Assembly (NCBI GenBank): GCA_002633005.1
Contig: NMRA01000001.1
Coordinates: 1,962,933 to 2,026,932, forward strand
DNA from: Phoronis australis
Lineage: Eukaryota > Animalia > Phoronida
Direction of reading: 5' to 3'
Length of the DNA stretch: 64,000 nt
A program made the translations under genes and the position numbers. This document shows, in pieces, positions 59,262 through 64,000 of the stretch (positions are counted from its first letter, which is position 1; the number at the start of each line of letters is the position of its first letter). The notes under the pieces are model-generated. The model worked only from the letters and a program-made list of their open reading frames with translations, was not told the origin of the DNA and searched no databases.

Positions 59262-62200
59262 CTGAAAAGAAACCACTACACCTGTATGGAACTGGACAAA
59301 AACTCGCATTCTGATCATAGTCCAAAAAGTCGCCAGCATGCTGTTTTTGACCGGAGTTGCGCGACACTATTCCTCCGAAGTCTGTAGTAACTCCCCCATT
59401 CCCATCGTACATCCGGCAGTGATCCATTGCCAGCGAAGTTGCAAGGTAGAACACAGGGAGGCACAGACTTTTTATAGATATTCTATTCTTTAATTACACT
59501 TTTTAAGAACATTGAACTAATTTCACTAAGTCAGAGAAGTAGGAACATTTCGTAAATTACACTATTGTATGTATTCGCGTTTTGCCGACGTACATTTCAT
59601 ATATTTGAAGTTTAGTAGCAATCCACTGAGGCAGCCATTTTGTTTGTATACCATCACGAAATTCCAAACTTGATTTAAAAATTCCGTTTATTTATAAATG
59701 AAGTTTTGTAGAAAGAGCACAATTTGTGAATAAGTTTCAAATAACTTGGATTGTGTTAAATTTGTTTTGCAAATTTGCTAACCATAGTTAAGCGGAAAGA
59801 GTATAAATTTAAGGCAATACATGTACACATATTTACGAGGTGTAAGGGAGAAGCAAATAATAACAGGTCAGTGAAATAAAAATAAGGAAGTAAATCTTCC
59901 AGAACTGACACGAAATCTCTCCATTGTCGTGGATATCTCTAGAGACATATTTTGTAAATGTATGTGAATTCATCTTCAAACCGTTGTTTACACATAATCC
60001 ATTATTCGCTATTTTTATAGACATGTGTACGGAGAACCGTTAGTAGGTGTTTGGTGAATATGGAGTATATGCTCCTTTTAGTAAAACGTGCATGCGTGAA
60101 GGAAGTTTCACAACAATGGCGGAGTTCACAAGTAACTCACACTAACAAAAGAGCATCTGTGATAAATCGTTTCAGCACTAATGATAACGTTACATTAATG
60201 GCAATTCCGCTTTTGGAAGTCTTCTAATACATAATTTTTTGTTAAGTATGAGAGAACTAGTCGCAGAAAGTCGTTTTTCCCGAAAGTTATGCCCACACAC
60301 TGCAGTCCGACAACTTGGTGCCGAGAGTTAAAAAAGCATGAACAATGATCGCCTGGCTAAAAAATGTTGGCAATGGATAATTTCTGTTTCGTATTGAAAA
60401 ACGATTTCTGGCATTTTTCATATTTACTTCAAGATGTTTTAAATGGCTTCCAAAATATAAGAATTGTCTTTGGTGATTTAATGACATCTAAAAATAAAAA
60501 AGCGTAAATCTTACGCTAATAGATAAAGATCATACTAAAATGATTCCGTCCCGATTGTCAGTCTGATATTGATTTGCTGCTTCATCCGACGGGGTGACAG
60601 TCCTTTTCTTTTGGTTTCTGGAAAATCAAAGAAAAAAACAATTCGCCTTCAATCCCTATAAGGTCATCGGAGGGAGGTGTTTTGACACCACTCCTTTAAC
60701 GTACGAACCCTTATATGTTGGTCATCATGTCAACTATTCGTGAACTGATGGAAAATATAAGCGTTGACCTTTCTTAGGATAGTTTGTCCAGTTCATCATG
60801 TCCGGTCGAGAACAATGATCTCATTGACACAAGAACGATCACAATATCGGGAAATTTACGGCGTTGCAAACAAAAGTATCACACGGTACTGCAAGTGGAC
60901 GTTTCGGTTGCTGTTACGGTAACAACCGTGATTACTTAGGAAGATACTCAAAGATCAACGAACAGATTTCATTTAAAGTTAATCAACTAAAGCTTCATTT
61001 TCAAAAAAAATATCCGTCAAAATACTTTACCCGCAAAGCTTCCCCTTCTTTTGAAGAAACGCCAGCGTTCCTGCGATAGCGGCTAGAACAGCCCCGGCGG
61101 ATGTTATGGCAGCGACTTGCCAGATTTCCAAACCTTCCTCAGGAACCAGGATTTCTAAGAGATAAGGCCAAATGTAGACATTATAAAGATCGAGGCAGAA
61201 CAGAAGACACCTTCTGACAGGTAAGATTGCGACTGCAGGTAACTCTTGAGCAAATATGGCGATAATGGCCTCGTAGTTATTTCTATTTTCAGATATCAGT
61301 GTTCTCTGCAGCAAGCTGAAAGACTAAGGAGGGTGTATTCTGTTCGCGTGAACATAAGTCTAAACGCACAACCTCTCTGTGACGCCCGTAATGAGCCCAC
61401 AACAAATTACGTCCGCGTACGGGTACAAAATTTGTGGACGGGTACGGGGTTTGGCTACGGGAAACCGCTCGAGTGTCTCATTGACAGGAACAGTTGAACG
61501 GAGTTAATTTGCATCGTAGACACGCATTAGTGTCTCGGTGTCGATTATTTGCATACTTGGGTCCAAGAAGTACTCGTCAACGACATTTGAAAATGTTATC
61601 TGTTACAGATTTTTAAACTACAGCACATTTCTATAATTTGGGGCTCTGAATTTTTGTTAAGGACGCGTAGATATGGAAGAGATCGAGAATTCTTGTGTTA
61701 TCATTTAGGTTAACTTTAACCGTTAATACCGTTCATCGTTTAGAAAGTAGGCGGGGTTTCTGCGGAAACTTCATGATAGATGTGTCAACATGAATCAGCT
61801 GTCACTCACTACATAAAAATTAAAAATTAAAATCCATTGTAAGACGTTTTAAACTAAAATGAAGCAGAAAGAGTGTCTTTAAACCATACGTGTTTTATAT
61901 TAGTGATGTGATGCCTCAGATGCTGTGCCAAGTAGGTATTTTCGGAGGCTGAAGGTCGAGTGAAAGTAATTACTCGCCGAAGCAACCGAGGCAATAACAC
62001 CACTCACATAAAAACGCGTGTAACTTAATGTATTCATGCCACATATTAAAGATATCATAGGCGGATTTAGGGGGGGAGGGGGGNNNNNNNNNNNNNNNNN
62101 NNNNNNNNNNNNNNNNNNNNNNNNNNNNNNNNNNNNNNNNNNNNNNNNNNNNNNNNNNNNNNNNNNNNNNNNNNNNNNNNNNNNNNNNNNNNNNNNNNNN

Positions 62201-63005
62201 NNNNNNNNNNNNNNNNNNNNNNNNNNNNNNNNNNNNNNNNNNNNNNNNNNNNNNTGGCTGGTGCAAGGAAAATTAAACAGCGGCAGCGTGAAGAAATATC
62301 GAGTGCACCAATTTGGAATGGCAGTGGGGGGCCCAGAGCGCGGCGGAACCGTGTTCCCGTTTTTTTTGGGCCGCCAGTGCATACAATCGCGCTTTGCCCA
62401 ATTCTCCGAGGCAACATCCTGGGTCCCCCTCTTATGGTATCCTAGATCCGCCACTGGATATAACTCACACTTCTTCTCGAGCTCTTGTTTCCTTTCCAAT
62501 GCATGTAGCCATGTCAAGTGACCGTACAATAACCGTTTTCGATTAACGTCTATTGCACGGACACGTGACACGTTACTCATTGCACGGGCGTATCAAGATA
62601 TAAAAAAGAAAATTCCTGAAATTTTAGGAACTGTCTACAGTATGAGGCAATTTTAGTTTTGTTTTATCGTAGTCGTTCGTAAATGTCACCTGGATATCAA
62701 TAGTTGCGTGAACAGATTCCCTTTAGCTAGTCTCTTCGCTGACGCAGTTTTTAGTTCATCACGGGACACAAGACTACCTCAAACACAAATAGTAGGCTTA
62801 TTATATATGTTTCTTAACTAATACTTACTTTCACAGTGAGGCACGTAAATGGTTCCGTTGTAGCACGTGACTGACTTTGTCAAAGTTGTGTCGGGGTACT
62901 GGTAACCCCCGTCGCACGTGTAGTTGATATTCTCGTCGTAGACAAGCAACGGCCCTGTTGCGTTGTGGGTCGCGAAGTTAACTTGAATTACTTCACATTT
63001 TGTTA
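59157..63005 (-). CDS. 3' part of a Sushi/CCP-domain single-pass type I membrane protein (5' end outside window)
   Basis: Exons 62829-63005 (CCP), 61031-61154 (TM), 60536-60617 and 59157-59261 join in phase 1/2/0. Confidence 0.7.
60536..60617 (-). CDS. Sushi-domain protein cytoplasmic exon
   Basis: ttccag|NQKKRTVTPSDEAANQYQTDNRDGIIL|gtatga. Confidence 0.6.
61031..61154 (-). CDS. Sushi-domain protein transmembrane exon
   Basis: ILVPEEGLEIWQVAAITSAGAVLAAIAGTLAFLQKKGKLC: hydrophobic helix followed by basic stop-transfer residues. Confidence 0.75.
62056..62456. mobile_element. hAT-like MITE with 5-bp TSD, spanning an assembly gap
   Basis: CATAGGCGGATTTAG ... CTAGATCCGCCACTG flanked by GATAT on both sides; N gap 62084-62254. 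Confidence 0.65.
62829..63005 (-). CDS. Sushi/CCP domain exon (phase 1-1)
   Basis: TKCEVIQVNFATHNATGPLLVYDENINYTCDGGYQYPDTTLTKSVTCYNGTIYVPHCE|gtaagt: four Cys with YxCxxGY and P-x-C. Confidence 0.8.
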
Positions 63006-64000
63006 CTGTAAAAAGCGTGTAAATGAAGTTATTTCAGACCAGAGGTACCTCTGTACCCAGTCACATAAAGTTATACTCTGGATAACAACAAAATGCACAA
63101 AATCACCCTATCGCATGTGTTGAATAATGTTTTTGACATCACGTAATAATCATAGGTATCCAGCGGTTAACTTTTAAGTTTTATACAACCAAGCTCAGAG
63201 CTGACAGAATATCTAGAGTTGATTAACTATCGACTATTACCTCGGGAGATCACACGTGCAATGGCGACTGTAGCCTTGTTTCGATTTAATTTTTGCGACA
63301 GCCACAAAAATCTAGTTTGCACTGGTAGCTCTACCAATGAAACTTAAACTTTAAGCTTCCGGCAGTATCACGGGGATCCCTAACTCCAAAATTTCGAATC
63401 CAAACAACGTAAATGCGCCTATATTGGCTCATGTGTCTATATTAGAAATAATGCCAATACCAGGCATTATAGGCGTATGCGTTTGTACGCAAAGCATTTG
63501 GCTAAAACCAAAAGATGCTATATATACACGCACCTCGTTTGCATTTCAAAACATTCTCTGCTATTTTGCTCGTGGAATGCTGTAGAGAACTTTGCAAATG
63601 ATACCGGATTGGCACAATATGCCGAAACGTGCATGTATTTATTTCGAAACAACTTAATTTAAAACACTTACTTTGTTTTCTATTGAAAACTGTGGACACT
63701 TTATCTTGGTTTGGCCGGGAAGGTTGACTAGATAGTTTAAGCCAATCAAACGTGTTTCTTCCAAACATTTAACGATTCGGATTTGGCTCTTCCATTTTCG
63801 CATACAGTTCATTAAGGTTCTTAAAGGGACACTCCTTGAGGGTTGATAAGAAAAAAGGGTTTAAATTCGAACAATTGAAACAAAATCCTCTGGTGGAATG
63901 GACTGACGTATCTCGGCAAATAGTTGGAAAGATTCAGAATTTTAGTTCACAACTGAATCATCCAAAATGTTCCACACTGTCCAGGCATTTGTTACATATA

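Noticed and set aside
59161-59454. 97-aa minus-strand ORF as a separate gene
   Set aside because: GTG start, no motifs; the overlapping frame after the cag acceptor better explains the region
61900-62580. Long ORFs (up to 226 aa)
   Set aside because: Artefacts of reading through the N gap inside a MITE

Overview
Eukaryotic (animal, probably marine invertebrate) genomic DNA, AT-rich and intron-rich. Two complete multi-exon genes lie head-to-head with 794 bp between their start codons: YIF1 (minus strand, 9 coding exons, 311 aa) and PARP1 (plus strand, 26 coding exons, 992 aa, with a 21-nt microexon and a U12-type final intron splitting the catalytic Glu codon). The right end holds the 3' part of a minus-strand Sushi/CCP-domain single-pass membrane protein gene; a possible membrane-protein exon lies at the left end. 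Introns contain many transposon relics: Helentron-type HINE elements carrying arrays of CTCF-like motifs, MITEs with 5-, 6- and 7-bp target-site duplications, tRNA-derived SINEs, and Penelope GIY-YIG, RNase H and RLE retroelement fragments. The most intriguing signal is a candidate cryptic exon in PARP1 intron 11 that could give a zinc-finger-less, membrane-anchored PARP1 isoform or act as a poison exon. All gene models were spliced by hand from GT-AG sites and reading-frame phase; no searches were run.
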